From positions 544,001-608,000 of the forward strand of contig CAVTQK010000015.1 in NCBI GenBank assembly GCA_963736855.1: a DNA stretch of 64,000 bases, written 5' to 3'. The number at the start of each line of letters is the position of its first letter. Within the stretch, counting starts at the first letter, position 1. This stretch comes from an uncultured delta proteobacterium. Lineage in GTDB: Bacteria > Desulfobacterota > Desulfobacteria > Desulfobacterales > UBA2156. Made by a program: the position numbers and the translations under genes. This document shows positions 10,299 through 19,511 of this stretch, one piece after another. Under the pieces are notes generated by a model, which searched no databases, was not told where the DNA came from, and saw only the letters and a list, made by a program, of their open reading frames with translations.

Positions 10299-11204
10299 TC
10301 ATCCGGTTTTAGTTGCCCGGTGAATCACGGCGATCCCATTGGTCAGACGCCGGTATGAGATATCCGTAAAACCGATCGCCGTAAGCATTTCCGACAGTTC
10401 GTCGGGCAAAGGCCATGTCCGGATGGACTCGGGCAGGTGGGTATACGCCCTCCGGGATCCTGCAAAGAGCTGGCCCAGAAGCGGCATGATCTGAAACGAA
10501 TAAAAATCATAAAGTCCCCGGAACACTGTGGAGGTCGGCTTTGAAAATTCCAGGCACATCATTTTCCCGCCGGATTTAAGAATCCTGTAAATTTCTGAAA
10601 AACCGGCTTTGGGCCGGGTCAGGTTGCGGATCCCAAAACCGACCATGGCCGCATTGAATGTGTCATCGGGAAACGCCATGCATTCGGCGTCTCCCTGAAC
10701 GAAAGGCATGCGGGTAAATGCCCCGACAAGGTTTACCTTTTTCCGACCGGCATTCATCATCGGCCGGTTGATGTCATAAAGAATGATGAGTCCTCCAGAG
10801 CTGACGTGCTTTGCCGCGATAAGGGCCAGATCGCCGGTGCCTGCACAGACATCGATGACTCGGTCCCCCTTTTTAAGTCCCAGCATCCGGACCGCCAGAC
10901 GCTTCCATTGGTGATGGATACCGAAAGAAAGCAGCGTGTTCATGAAATCGTACTTATGAGCCACCGACTCAAAGTGCCGATAGACCCGTCGCGCTTTCTC
11001 GTTAAAAGAAACCGCCTGATATCCGAAGCGGGTGACAGGAATTATAGAAGGATCCGTCGTCTCCTTGCGCTGTTTTACGTTAAACCACACGCATCTCTCT
11101 TTATTCCAGAAAACCGGGCATGGCAAGGTGAAATCGGTAAGCAGTTGATCGTACACCAGAACAGAAAATCGATAAATTCGGTTTGACAAAAGCCGCCTCA
11201 TCAT
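10299..11204 (-). CDS. ubiE: UbiE/MenG quinone C-methyltransferase (true start probably about 100 nt downstream)
   Basis: FESVAHKYDFMNTLLSFGIHHQWK, DVCAGTGD, GFGIRN, CLEFS, YTHLPESI. Confidence 0.9.
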   Translation of the reverse strand: MMRRLLSNRIYRFSVLVYDQLLTDFTLPCPVFWNKERCVWFNVKQRKETTDPSIIPVTRFGYQAVSFNEKARRVYRHFESVAHKYDFMNTLLSFGIHHQWKRLAVRMLGLKKGDRVIDVCAGTGDLALIAAKHVSSGGLIILYDINRPMMNAGRKKVNLVGAFTRMPFVQGDAECMAFPDDTFNAAMVGFGIRNLTRPKAGFSEIYRILKSGGKMMCLEFSKPTSTVFRGLYDFYSFQIMPLLGQLFAGSRRAYTHLPESIRTWPLPDELSEMLTAIGFTDISYRRLTNGIAVIHRATKTG

Positions 11205-11234
11205 ATATCAAAATCTTTTAATGGAAGCTCAAAT

Positions 11235-11311
11235 GGGCCGTTAGCTCAACCAGGCAGAGCAACTGACTCTTAATCAGGAGGTTCCGAGTTCGATTCTCGG
11301 ACGGCCCACCA
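11235..11311 (+). tRNA. tRNA-Lys(CTT)
   Basis: Cloverleaf GGGCCGT...ACGGCCC-A-CCA; D arm GCTC/GAGC; anticodon loop CT-CTT-AA; T arm CCGAG-TTCGATT-CTCGG. Confidence 0.95.
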
Positions 11312-11363
11312 GCCAAAAAGGCGGGATTTTAGAAAGGTTAGACCGGAGGTTTTTCCGTGCTGC

Positions 11364-12164
11364 CTAAAACTCCCTAAAGATGCCGAGGGAAAGGCCATAT
11401 TTATCATATCCTTCTTTTAACTTAAGGTAGCTGAGGTCTCCAAAGATGCCGTAGTCTTTGCCTATCCAGTGTCTATGTTTAAGGGAAGTGTATAGGGAGT
11501 TCTGCCTCACCTCTTCAGGACTTGCAAGGTAAGTAGCAAGGTAAGCCTGTTTTCCAAAGGAGAAGTCGAGGTATGTCCATTGCCAACCTTCCCTGCCATA
11601 TCCGGCGCTGATGAGCTGAGAGTAAGAGACGATGCTCCCGGGGTCGCTCTCATTTCTGAATAACCTGTACTTCCATATCCATCTATCGAGATAGAGCGTT
11701 ATCCCTGTTGATAGGATTATGTCTTTATGGACATCAAAATACCTTAAATAAGAAGCCCCCGCAGTCCATACAATATTTTTAATAGCACCAAACTTGATAT
11801 TAAAGTCATGATCTATCCTGATCTGTGGTAGATAGTCCGACCTTGTTCCTGCAGATAGGGCTGAGTACGTATATAACCTATCCCCCCAGTCTTTATATGC
11901 ACCGATGGTTCCGAGTAATGCCTCTCCCTCCTTCCTCGAGAATGCCCCGAGCTGAAGGAAGTAGGTGAGGTCTTCCCTGGGTTTGTCGTAAAAGCCGAGT
12001 GAGAGTGTATTCCACGAGCCGTAAACTCCATTTGGGGAAAGGTATTCGTAAGAAAAATTAGCCTCAAGACGATGTCTCTTCACAGATTCATCCTGCCCGA
12101 ACAAATCCTTCGGCGTAGAGATTACCAGAACAGAGAGGAACGCGAGTATAAGAGCCCTCTTCAC
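11364..12164 (-). CDS. YaiO-family outer membrane beta-barrel protein
   Basis: Signal peptide, alternating aromatic-rich beta strands, C-terminal Phe (GIFREF); next to a GT2 cluster. Confidence 0.75.
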   Translation of the reverse strand: MKRALILAFLSVLVISTPKDLFGQDESVKRHRLEANFSYEYLSPNGVYGSWNTLSLGFYDKPREDLTYFLQLGAFSRKEGEALLGTIGAYKDWGDRLYTYSALSAGTRSDYLPQIRIDHDFNIKFGAIKNIVWTAGASYLRYFDVHKDIILSTGITLYLDRWIWKYRLFRNESDPGSIVSYSQLISAGYGREGWQWTYLDFSFGKQAYLATYLASPEEVRQNSLYTSLKHRHWIGKDYGIFGDLSYLKLKEGYDKYGLSLGIFREF

Positions 12165-13369
12165 GGCGTTCCTCCTAAACTAAAAGTATTCGGGATATTT
12201 AACACTTCCATGTACGATGACGGATACCATTTTATAAAGTCCTTGATATTGTCCAGCATGAGAAACTGGAGTATCTTCTCGGATGCCTTTCCATCCCCGA
12301 AGGGATTGCTTATCTTTGAAATGGCCCTGTAGATATCTTCGTCCTCGTAAAACTGTGAGAAGACCTCAGTGATTCTTTCTTTATCTTTACCAACAATAAA
12401 ACCGATGCCTGCATCGACAACCTCAGGTCTCTCGGTGGTATCCCTTAAGATCAGCACAGGCTTACCGAAGGTGGATGCCTCTTCCTGTATGCCTCCAGAA
12501 TCCGTCATCAGGACATGAGACCTTTTCATCAGATATATCATGGTCTGATAAGAAAGGGCCTCGGTAAACACTATATTTTCCTGTCTGTTCATTAATTCCT
12601 CAAGTACGATTTCCCTGACTTCAGGATTCTTATGGAGCGGCCACAGGAAAAGGACATCCTTATACCTCTCTGATAGAAAACGTATGGCTCTGCATATCTC
12701 TCTAAGAGGTGCCCCGATGTTTTCCCTCCTGTGAACTGTTATTAGTACAAGCCTCATAGTATTGAGTAACTTTTCGATTTTTTGGTCATAACCTGATAGC
12801 TCTTTAAGGATAGCATTTTCATTTACTAACCGCTGGGCAAGCAGAATTGCATCAACCACTGTATTGCCGGTAATTATTATCCTGTCTTTTCTTATGCCTT
12901 CTGACAAAAGGTTCTTATAAGCCCTTAAAGTCGGCACGAAATGAAAATCAACGAGCCTGCTTACAAGAACCCTCAGTGTCTCCTCTGGAAAGGGCGAGTA
13001 TTTATTGAAACTCCTCAATCCTGCTTCTACATGAAAGACAGGTTTTTTTAGCATAAATCCGACAAAGGCTGCAGCATAAGTTGTCAGTGTATCCCCCTGA
13101 ACGATTATCAGATCGGGGTCTTCACTATCGATCGCTATCCTCATCTCCTTCTGGATACATTCATGCAGTTTTTCGAGGTCAGGCTTCTCTGTCATACATC
13201 CAAAGCTGTAGTCAGGTATTAATCGAAAAAAGTCAGTGACCTGGTGCACCATATCAAGATGCTGCCCTGTGGAGATTATCCTTACATCAAACCTCTCCCT
13301 GAGACTGTAAATCACTGGCGCAAGCTTTATAGCCTCGGGCCTTGTTCCAAAAACAATGAATACCTTCAT
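12161..13369 (-). CDS. wecB: UDP-N-acetylglucosamine 2-epimerase (non-hydrolysing)
   Basis: FGTRPEAIK, TGQH, VQGDT, HVEAGLRS, PFPEE, HRREN, TDSGGIQEEA, TERPE, NPFGDG. Confidence 0.95.
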   Translation of the reverse strand: MKVFIVFGTRPEAIKLAPVIYSLRERFDVRIISTGQHLDMVHQVTDFFRLIPDYSFGCMTEKPDLEKLHECIQKEMRIAIDSEDPDLIIVQGDTLTTYAAAFVGFMLKKPVFHVEAGLRSFNKYSPFPEETLRVLVSRLVDFHFVPTLRAYKNLLSEGIRKDRIIITGNTVVDAILLAQRLVNENAILKELSGYDQKIEKLLNTMRLVLITVHRRENIGAPLREICRAIRFLSERYKDVLFLWPLHKNPEVREIVLEELMNRQENIVFTEALSYQTMIYLMKRSHVLMTDSGGIQEEASTFGKPVLILRDTTERPEVVDAGIGFIVGKDKERITEVFSQFYEDEDIYRAISKISNPFGDGKASEKILQFLMLDNIKDFIKWYPSSYMEVLNIPNTFSLGGTP

Positions 13370-14283
13370 TTGCCGATCGCCCCATTTTCTAGAAGTTCAA
13401 ATATCAATTTTTGCTCTAAAGAAAATAGATCTGGTTTATCTGCATATCTTTTTATGAATTTCTTCCCGAGTTTTTCTTTTAATTGCGGCATCTCTTCAAG
13501 AATACCGTAGAGTAAGGGAAAGACCTGGGAAAATGCATCAGGATAAAGTCTATTCCAATCCGGTATAAATACCTCATCATTCCCTATCGCCCAGTAAAAA
13601 TCTCCCCTCCTCTTATCGTAAAGAGAAAATAGTATTCCTTTCTTTATGGCATTTTCAAGTTCAATATAGTATTTATTCTCACTCCACCCCATTTCTCTGG
13701 ACAATCTATTGTATGACCTTATCCCTCCGTAGGCCTCACAGTTATCCATCAGGTACTTTAACTTACCGTTAGGCAGGGCCATAATAAGCCCGTCTTCGTC
13801 CTGTAAATATGCTATAAGATATGCGATATCTTCGAGTTTTTCTCTGTTTTCCTGTATTATCCTTGCATCCCTTGTCTTTATGTAATAGTCATACACCATA
13901 ACAAGGAATATCCCTGCATAACCATCAACAGAGTCATAAATGAGTGTAGATTCCTCCTGCCCGGTTTTACAGTTTATTGTATAGTCGTAGATTGTACCCG
14001 TAAGTCCTGACCTGTCGGGATAATTGGTGTGTTCGAGATACCATAGAATATAATCCTTGATTATCCTGGGGTCAGCCCCTTTATGAAGCATATATATCGC
14101 CTTTATATTCAGGATATAAGGATTAATATAGTTGCTGTCTTTTTCAATCGGGATGAACTGCCGTGAGATATTTAACGCAGGATGTTCCGCACAAACAAAA
14201 GCAGGGTATTCCGCACGGAAGCCATTAAAAGCACATGAGACCGTGCATATATTAGAGAGCATCAAAATAAATAGTCTTTTCAT
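13366..14283 (-). CDS. Exported protein, possibly (alpha/alpha)6-barrel glycoside hydrolase-like
   Basis: N-terminal signal/lipoprotein-like segment; helical pattern with acidic motifs YDSVDGYAG and YLMDNCEAYGG; polysaccharide operon context. Confidence 0.5.
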   Translation of the reverse strand: MKRLFILMLSNICTVSCAFNGFRAEYPAFVCAEHPALNISRQFIPIEKDSNYINPYILNIKAIYMLHKGADPRIIKDYILWYLEHTNYPDRSGLTGTIYDYTINCKTGQEESTLIYDSVDGYAGIFLVMVYDYYIKTRDARIIQENREKLEDIAYLIAYLQDEDGLIMALPNGKLKYLMDNCEAYGGIRSYNRLSREMGWSENKYYIELENAIKKGILFSLYDKRRGDFYWAIGNDEVFIPDWNRLYPDAFSQVFPLLYGILEEMPQLKEKLGKKFIKRYADKPDLFSLEQKLIFELLENGAIGK

Positions 14284-16087
14284 CTGTCTTATCTGTGAAT
14301 GTCAGATAATAATAGTCTCCGTCCTGCTGGAGCATGAGATTTTCCTTATCGTGGATCCGGTATCTATCTCTTGGTATTGCAAGTGTTAATCCATCCAGTC
14401 CTTCTTGATTTTTCATTGATACAACCAATTTTTTATCATCAATTCTGAAATTATACCTTGTCTTTAAGAATTTAAGCCAAAACTTGGCAAAATGGCTCAT
14501 GGGTCTTATCTCGAGTTTATCCTCTTTCTGCAAGTCCTCTGAATAACTTAGAAAGGATTTTAGTGCAGAGGGATAGTTGAATATGTCGTAGGGATGGGAA
14601 TATATAAGCCTTACGGTCCTGTTTCTGACAGCATAATCTACAGTTTCGATAAGCCATTCTTTTACTTTGTCCTCGGGTATAGCAGCGCTCTTCATCTCAT
14701 GGAATGAGGCTGAACGCATAAGGGGCATTATCGGAAAGGCAATGACCTTTTCAGAAACCATCTTTCCGTTTATGAAGGTTCTATTCGGTGATGAGCCTGT
14801 ATCTCCTGTATAGTAGTACGCCAGAAAACCGAGCTTTTTCAGGACATTGGTGGTTATTGGTTGTGGATGGGCTCCATTGGGTGCTGCATACTCAGTGATT
14901 TTATATCCTGTTATACTCTCAAGGCACTCGTTATTTTTCTTTATGTATTCGTATATCTCTCTTTTCGAAAATTTGCCATTTTCGATATTTTCCGAAAACC
15001 AGTTATGTGCCCAGCCGCCGTGAGAACCTATTACTCCATAACTCAGCAAAGTCTGAACAAAGAATTTGCCCTTGCCGCAGGCATCGAAACCGAGATTATC
15101 CCCTAATTTGTCCCTGAAATTCCCGGCTGTTATGTGAAAGGAGTATTTAATATCTTTTCTCAGGTATCCATCCTCCAACATAAGGTGAATGCTCTCCCAA
15201 TCAATACTTGAATCAATATGCCAGTTTATTACTATACCGCCTTTCCCATTATTGGTATTCAGTAGATGCGGTATCTTTATAACCTTGAACAGAAAAGTCC
15301 TTATTATAGCCCGCAGGGGAAGGTCGTCTGAATGGGCCTTCAAATGACCGAGAGGGAGATTAACATAAAGTATTTTACCGGTACCGTAGTCTCGTATCAC
15401 CACTGCAGGATATGTCTCTCCTTTTTGTGTAACTGCATTGGCGTAAATATTGTCTTTACTAAAAGCCTCTTTGAATTCGGTTCTCGCTATAGGATACTCA
15501 AGCTTCCCATAAGCATAACCTCCGAGGAGAAGACCCATCTCACTCTTTCCAGAGGGTATCTGTAAAAAGTCCATGGCGCTTTTATCATCGATTTTTATAT
15601 AACCGAGCGTAAATGCATTTTCATGGAGCCTGCTATAGGTTATGTAATTTATCCCGATCATATCAGAAAACAGTGATTCATCGAAAAATGCTCCTTTTCT
15701 GTTTTTTATGCCAGCATCATATATAACGGCTATGCTACCACCCATGAGGAGATAATCCTTTATCCATGACTTTAATACCACTGGCAGTATCTGGGCTACA
15801 CCATCAGGAAATATTATGACGGGCTTGCTCTTCACTATATCCTCAGCCTTTAAAGAGAGGAGATGATTGACATTTATCTCATCGTGAGGCGCACCCTCTT
15901 CATCGAGAACGCTTTTATATGCCTGAAGGACATAAGAGTAATCAATCATAAGGGCCGGATTATAGACCAAAAGCACACCAAGTTTCTGTGACCTCGATAT
16001 CCTCGAGGTCTTATAGACAATGTTAATGCTGTAGATCGAAAAGATTAAGATGGCTACGATTATGACAATGATAAAAAATCTCTTCAT
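14252..16087 (-). CDS. Membrane-anchored polysaccharide deacetylase-family protein
   Basis: N-terminal TM; C-terminal NodB-like motifs WHID, IGSHGGWAH, YAAPNG, YSHPY. Confidence 0.75.
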   Translation of the reverse strand: MKRFFIIVIIVAILIFSIYSINIVYKTSRISRSQKLGVLLVYNPALMIDYSYVLQAYKSVLDEEGAPHDEINVNHLLSLKAEDIVKSKPVIIFPDGVAQILPVVLKSWIKDYLLMGGSIAVIYDAGIKNRKGAFFDESLFSDMIGINYITYSRLHENAFTLGYIKIDDKSAMDFLQIPSGKSEMGLLLGGYAYGKLEYPIARTEFKEAFSKDNIYANAVTQKGETYPAVVIRDYGTGKILYVNLPLGHLKAHSDDLPLRAIIRTFLFKVIKIPHLLNTNNGKGGIVINWHIDSSIDWESIHLMLEDGYLRKDIKYSFHITAGNFRDKLGDNLGFDACGKGKFFVQTLLSYGVIGSHGGWAHNWFSENIENGKFSKREIYEYIKKNNECLESITGYKITEYAAPNGAHPQPITTNVLKKLGFLAYYYTGDTGSSPNRTFINGKMVSEKVIAFPIMPLMRSASFHEMKSAAIPEDKVKEWLIETVDYAVRNRTVRLIYSHPYDIFNYPSALKSFLSYSEDLQKEDKLEIRPMSHFAKFWLKFLKTRYNFRIDDKKLVVSMKNQEGLDGLTLAIPRDRYRIHDKENLMLQQDGDYYYLTFTDKTDEKTIYFDAL

Positions 16088-17097
16088 ACCACTATCCCTG
16101 AACCTTCAGTCATTATGTATCCATAAATCATGACATTCTGACCGAGTATGATTCCCTTATTTCCAATAACTGATTTGATCTTTCCAGCATTTCCTATCCT
16201 CACCCTTTTCTTTATGGTTATAGTCCCCTGTGAAAAGATATCTCCTGAGATTGTGGTGCCCTCGCCGATCTCTATATCTCCATCGGAGAACAGATTCCCA
16301 GAAATATTAACATCTTCTTCTATGATCAAATCTCTGTAAGTTTTTATATTGCCCAGAATGAGAGCTCCCCCCATGACCTGCAGATCTTTCTTTACAATAA
16401 TGTCCTTTTCGACCCTTGTAATGGGTGGTATTATCAGGCGGTCTTTATTTACAATCCCTGTATTGTCAGAGATCTCTTCCTTGCCAGGACAATGGCCATG
16501 ATCATTATCATTTGCGCTATAGGTTGTTATAGGCATCCCGTATAAACGTCTAAACCTACAGCCCTTGCCTATTCTGAATTCATCCCCTGATGATGCGCTT
16601 ATTCCGAGATTACAATTATCATTAACCTCAACCATCCCTTCTGCATCTATCCATCTGATAATCTTCATCTTGCTTGAGATAGAAAGCCTCCCATCACAGG
16701 CTAAGGCCCTTAAGGTATTATTGCTGCCGATGACAGCATCCCCTTTAACATAAACCTCTTTGTTGAATCTTGCCTTATCCTCAGAGACGAGGTCTCCGAT
16801 TATGAAAAGGATGTGGTTAACCTCTTCTCCTACAAGTATCCTCTTGGAATGGGCAATCTCTACCTTCTCATTCTTGGACAGTGTAACCTCTCTAATCCCG
16901 GAACTGGCATCTGCAGGGATCACATTTTTAAGCATTTTTTTAAAGGACCTGCAAAAGTATCGTGGGTCCTTTGAGTAATCCATATTAATAAACAGAGGTA
17001 ATGCATCTTTTGGTCTTAATAACTCTATAATACCCGGTATAAAAGGGATCAAAAGCAGTATGAAGAAAACCAGGAATATAAACAGGAGAGTTATCAA
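16084..17097 (-). CDS. Membrane-anchored beta-helix (bactofilin/polymer-forming-like) protein
   Basis: N-terminal TM followed by repeated I/V-x-G-N/D-I/L motifs (ILGNIKT, ISGNLFS, ISGDIFS). Confidence 0.6.
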   Translation of the reverse strand: MITLLFIFLVFFILLLIPFIPGIIELLRPKDALPLFINMDYSKDPRYFCRSFKKMLKNVIPADASSGIREVTLSKNEKVEIAHSKRILVGEEVNHILFIIGDLVSEDKARFNKEVYVKGDAVIGSNNTLRALACDGRLSISSKMKIIRWIDAEGMVEVNDNCNLGISASSGDEFRIGKGCRFRRLYGMPITTYSANDNDHGHCPGKEEISDNTGIVNKDRLIIPPITRVEKDIIVKKDLQVMGGALILGNIKTYRDLIIEEDVNISGNLFSDGDIEIGEGTTISGDIFSQGTITIKKRVRIGNAGKIKSVIGNKGIILGQNVMIYGYIMTEGSGIVV

Positions 17098-18356
17098 TCC
17101 TTGTTGGCCTCTCTGTATCTCTTTGTCTTATGCCATGTGGTTTTTCTCTTTGTTGCCAGGTCAATTACTGCATCCAGGAATCCAAGCGATATATACCACA
17201 TGCTGAAGAAAAAGTTAAAGAGAAAGAGGGGAAGCAGGCGTATCCTGTTTGTGGCACCATCAAGCAGAGAGGCTGTTCCGATCTGATAGAAAGGGGCAAA
17301 GTTGCCGAAGGTGTTGAAGGCAGCCATAAACAGGAAGATAACGACGTTTTCTATGATCTGCATCTCTCCGAGAAAGAAGAGAGACAAGGAATCGGCTATC
17401 CCTGTCAGGAGCATAAACGGAACTGTATATACAAAAAGCAGTAAGAATCCATCCATCTTCTCTATAACAGATAGATTAGATGCCTTGAGTAATTGGAAAA
17501 GATACCTGAACATCACCTGTGAATGGCCTCTTGCCCATCTCCTGATCTGTCTTCCTCTCACATACCAGTCTTCTGGAACTTCCTCGTAACATTCGACCCT
17601 ATTTGCATAGACAACCTTCCACCCCTTGATTAAAAGCTTGAAGGTGAGCTCTGTGTCTTCTGTAAGGATATTGGGTTCAAACCCTCCAAGAGATAAAACA
17701 ACATCCCTTCTGAAGCCGCCGACTGTCCCTCCATACTGAGGGATGAGTCTTAGGTTATGCTTTGCCTGCTGATCCACCTGATAGCCCCCTGACCTCTCAA
17801 GGTCGATAAGCCTTGTGAGTAAATTCCTTCTGGTATTCTCTGGAACGACCCTTCCCATCACAGCACCAACCTCTGGATCTTTGAAGGAAATGGCTATATC
17901 CCTGAGACTGCCTTTTGGAGGGAGATAGTCTGCGTCAAATATTATAATGATCTCTCCAACAGCCTGCTTAAGGGCATCGTTCAGTGCTGATGGTTTTCCT
18001 CTTCTGCCTTCGCTTCTGTGCAGGGGTCTAATGTATGGATATCTTGATGCATATTCTATCAGTATATCGTATGTTTTATCTGAGGAATGGTCGTTTATCG
18101 GTATTATCTCGAGTTTAGATATTGGAAAGTCTGTTGCAATCAATCGATCGAGTATGTTGGCTGCCACCCTCTCCTCGTTATGCATTGGGACCAGCACTGA
18201 GATGCTCGGAAGCTCAGAGTCAATAATATCCTGATAATATATCCTCTGTTTACCAATAAGTCGGTTCAGAGTGAATAGGAGGTGTCTTACTGTATAAAGG
18301 ATCATGATAACCGCTACGAAGACGAGGTAAGATTGAAGGATTAGGACCATTTCCAC
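17094..18356 (-). CDS. Processive GT2 glycosyltransferase (cellulose synthase/PgaC-like)
   Basis: VPMHNEE, NDHSSD, GKPSALN, FDADY, LTED, QIRRW (QxxRW); N- and C-terminal TMs. Confidence 0.9.
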   Translation of the reverse strand: MEMVLILQSYLVFVAVIMILYTVRHLLFTLNRLIGKQRIYYQDIIDSELPSISVLVPMHNEERVAANILDRLIATDFPISKLEIIPINDHSSDKTYDILIEYASRYPYIRPLHRSEGRRGKPSALNDALKQAVGEIIIIFDADYLPPKGSLRDIAISFKDPEVGAVMGRVVPENTRRNLLTRLIDLERSGGYQVDQQAKHNLRLIPQYGGTVGGFRRDVVLSLGGFEPNILTEDTELTFKLLIKGWKVVYANRVECYEEVPEDWYVRGRQIRRWARGHSQVMFRYLFQLLKASNLSVIEKMDGFLLLFVYTVPFMLLTGIADSLSLFFLGEMQIIENVVIFLFMAAFNTFGNFAPFYQIGTASLLDGATNRIRLLPLFLFNFFFSMWYISLGFLDAVIDLATKRKTTWHKTKRYREANKD

Positions 18357-19111
18357 GCTCCTACCTCTACTCGATTATTCATCTTCCGGGCAATGACACT
18401 GCTGTAAAGTGCATATATACCGACCATGTATGTAAAATCCATGAAATGACCAAAGGCAAAGAATAAGAGCGGCATGAATATGTAGGAAAACATTTTGAGT
18501 ACATAAAGGAAGACAATGTATCGGAGGATACCGAACACTATTGAGTATAGAAGGGTTAGCACAGCAATGGAAAACATAGATATGATGCTGGAGGGCAACA
18601 GCAGCAGGGTTATTCCCATAACTACTGGAACAAAAAACCATATGGCCACTTCAGTCTTAACATAGAGCTCTGAAAAGTTCTCCATATCATAGGGAAATAT
18701 AGAGGGGGTGAGCATGAAAAAGATCGATGATATAAGGTTTATAGATGATATAAAAATAATCCATGCAACCATCGGTCTGAAGACCCTGACTTTTGGTATA
18801 AAAAAGATAGTAGCTATTGAGAATAAAAATAGCAGAAAGGATAGCAGGGGAGTGGGATGCTTTCCAATTATGCTGAGGATGTATATATTGCTTAGCATAT
18901 AAGGTTTTTCTAATATCTTTATATCATCGAATGGGAAGGAAGACAGAAGGAGAGATTTGGCAAAACAGTTCATAAAAAAGGTTATTTGAGGATACAGGAA
19001 AAGTATAGCCATTAATAATGGAACTACGAGGAACAGGAATTTAGGGAAAATGTATTTACCCTCAATAGAAAGCCTTCTATATGCCCTATGGTAAAAGATT
19101 ATATCCTTCAT
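18341..19111 (-). CDS. Polytopic membrane protein, first gene of the island operon
   Basis: About 6 hydrophobic segments; overlaps the GT2 start. Confidence 0.7.
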   Translation of the reverse strand: MKDIIFYHRAYRRLSIEGKYIFPKFLFLVVPLLMAILFLYPQITFFMNCFAKSLLLSSFPFDDIKILEKPYMLSNIYILSIIGKHPTPLLSFLLFLFSIATIFFIPKVRVFRPMVAWIIFISSINLISSIFFMLTPSIFPYDMENFSELYVKTEVAIWFFVPVVMGITLLLLPSSIISMFSIAVLTLLYSIVFGILRYIVFLYVLKMFSYIFMPLLFFAFGHFMDFTYMVGIYALYSSVIARKMNNRVEVGAWKWS

Positions 19112-19132
19112 ATTCGTGACCTAAAATATTGA

Positions 19133-19511
19133 GTCGAGTAGACCAGTTCCTCCCGATACTAAACAGTTTGAGGTTTGTTTTCTCTATTTGCCGCCTGATT
19201 TCCCGGCGGTACCACTCTCTTTCAACTATGTACCCGTTGGCCCCGGCCCCTCACAGAAACGGACGGGAGATTTCTCCCGTCATGGCGGGACTCTTCAGGC
19301 AGGTTCACATGCCTGCGGTATAAATTCAAGAGTAATCTTTCACTATCCTGGGTCTTGGTAAAGGAAAACGATTGAGTTGCTCCTGATATTCTTCCTAGTT
19401 GAAACTCTTCCGCTGACTTTGCCTGTTGAGCCACTTGAACCACATAAGATTGACCTCATAGGCAAATTTATTCAACGTTGCTGCATTTCCCGCAAAACCG
19501 TAGTAGTTATA
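19133..19511 (-). mobile_element. Degenerate group II intron 3' remnant (maturase domain X fragment, DV, DVI)
   Basis: Minus frame YNYYGFAGNAATLNKFAYEVNLMWFKWLNRQSQRKSFN*EEYQEQLNRFPLPRPRI, then GAAGAG...GGGAGAAATCTCCCGTCCGTTTCTGTGAGGGG (DV-like, 19256-19296), ending ...TGGTCTACTCGAC at 19133. Confidence 0.85.

Noticed and set aside
11261..11278. A-G mismatch at the top of the tRNA-Lys anticodon stem
   Set aside because: Mismatches at pair 27-43 are tolerated in functional tRNAs; the rest of the cloverleaf and the CCA are intact.
11337..11343. GTTAGAC resembling an integron attC core site
   Set aside because: No inverse core site, cassette array or integron integrase visible.
19222..19443. 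73-aa ORF in the ORF track
   Set aside because: Off-frame overlay of the group II intron remnant; the meaningful frame is the stop-interrupted maturase frame.
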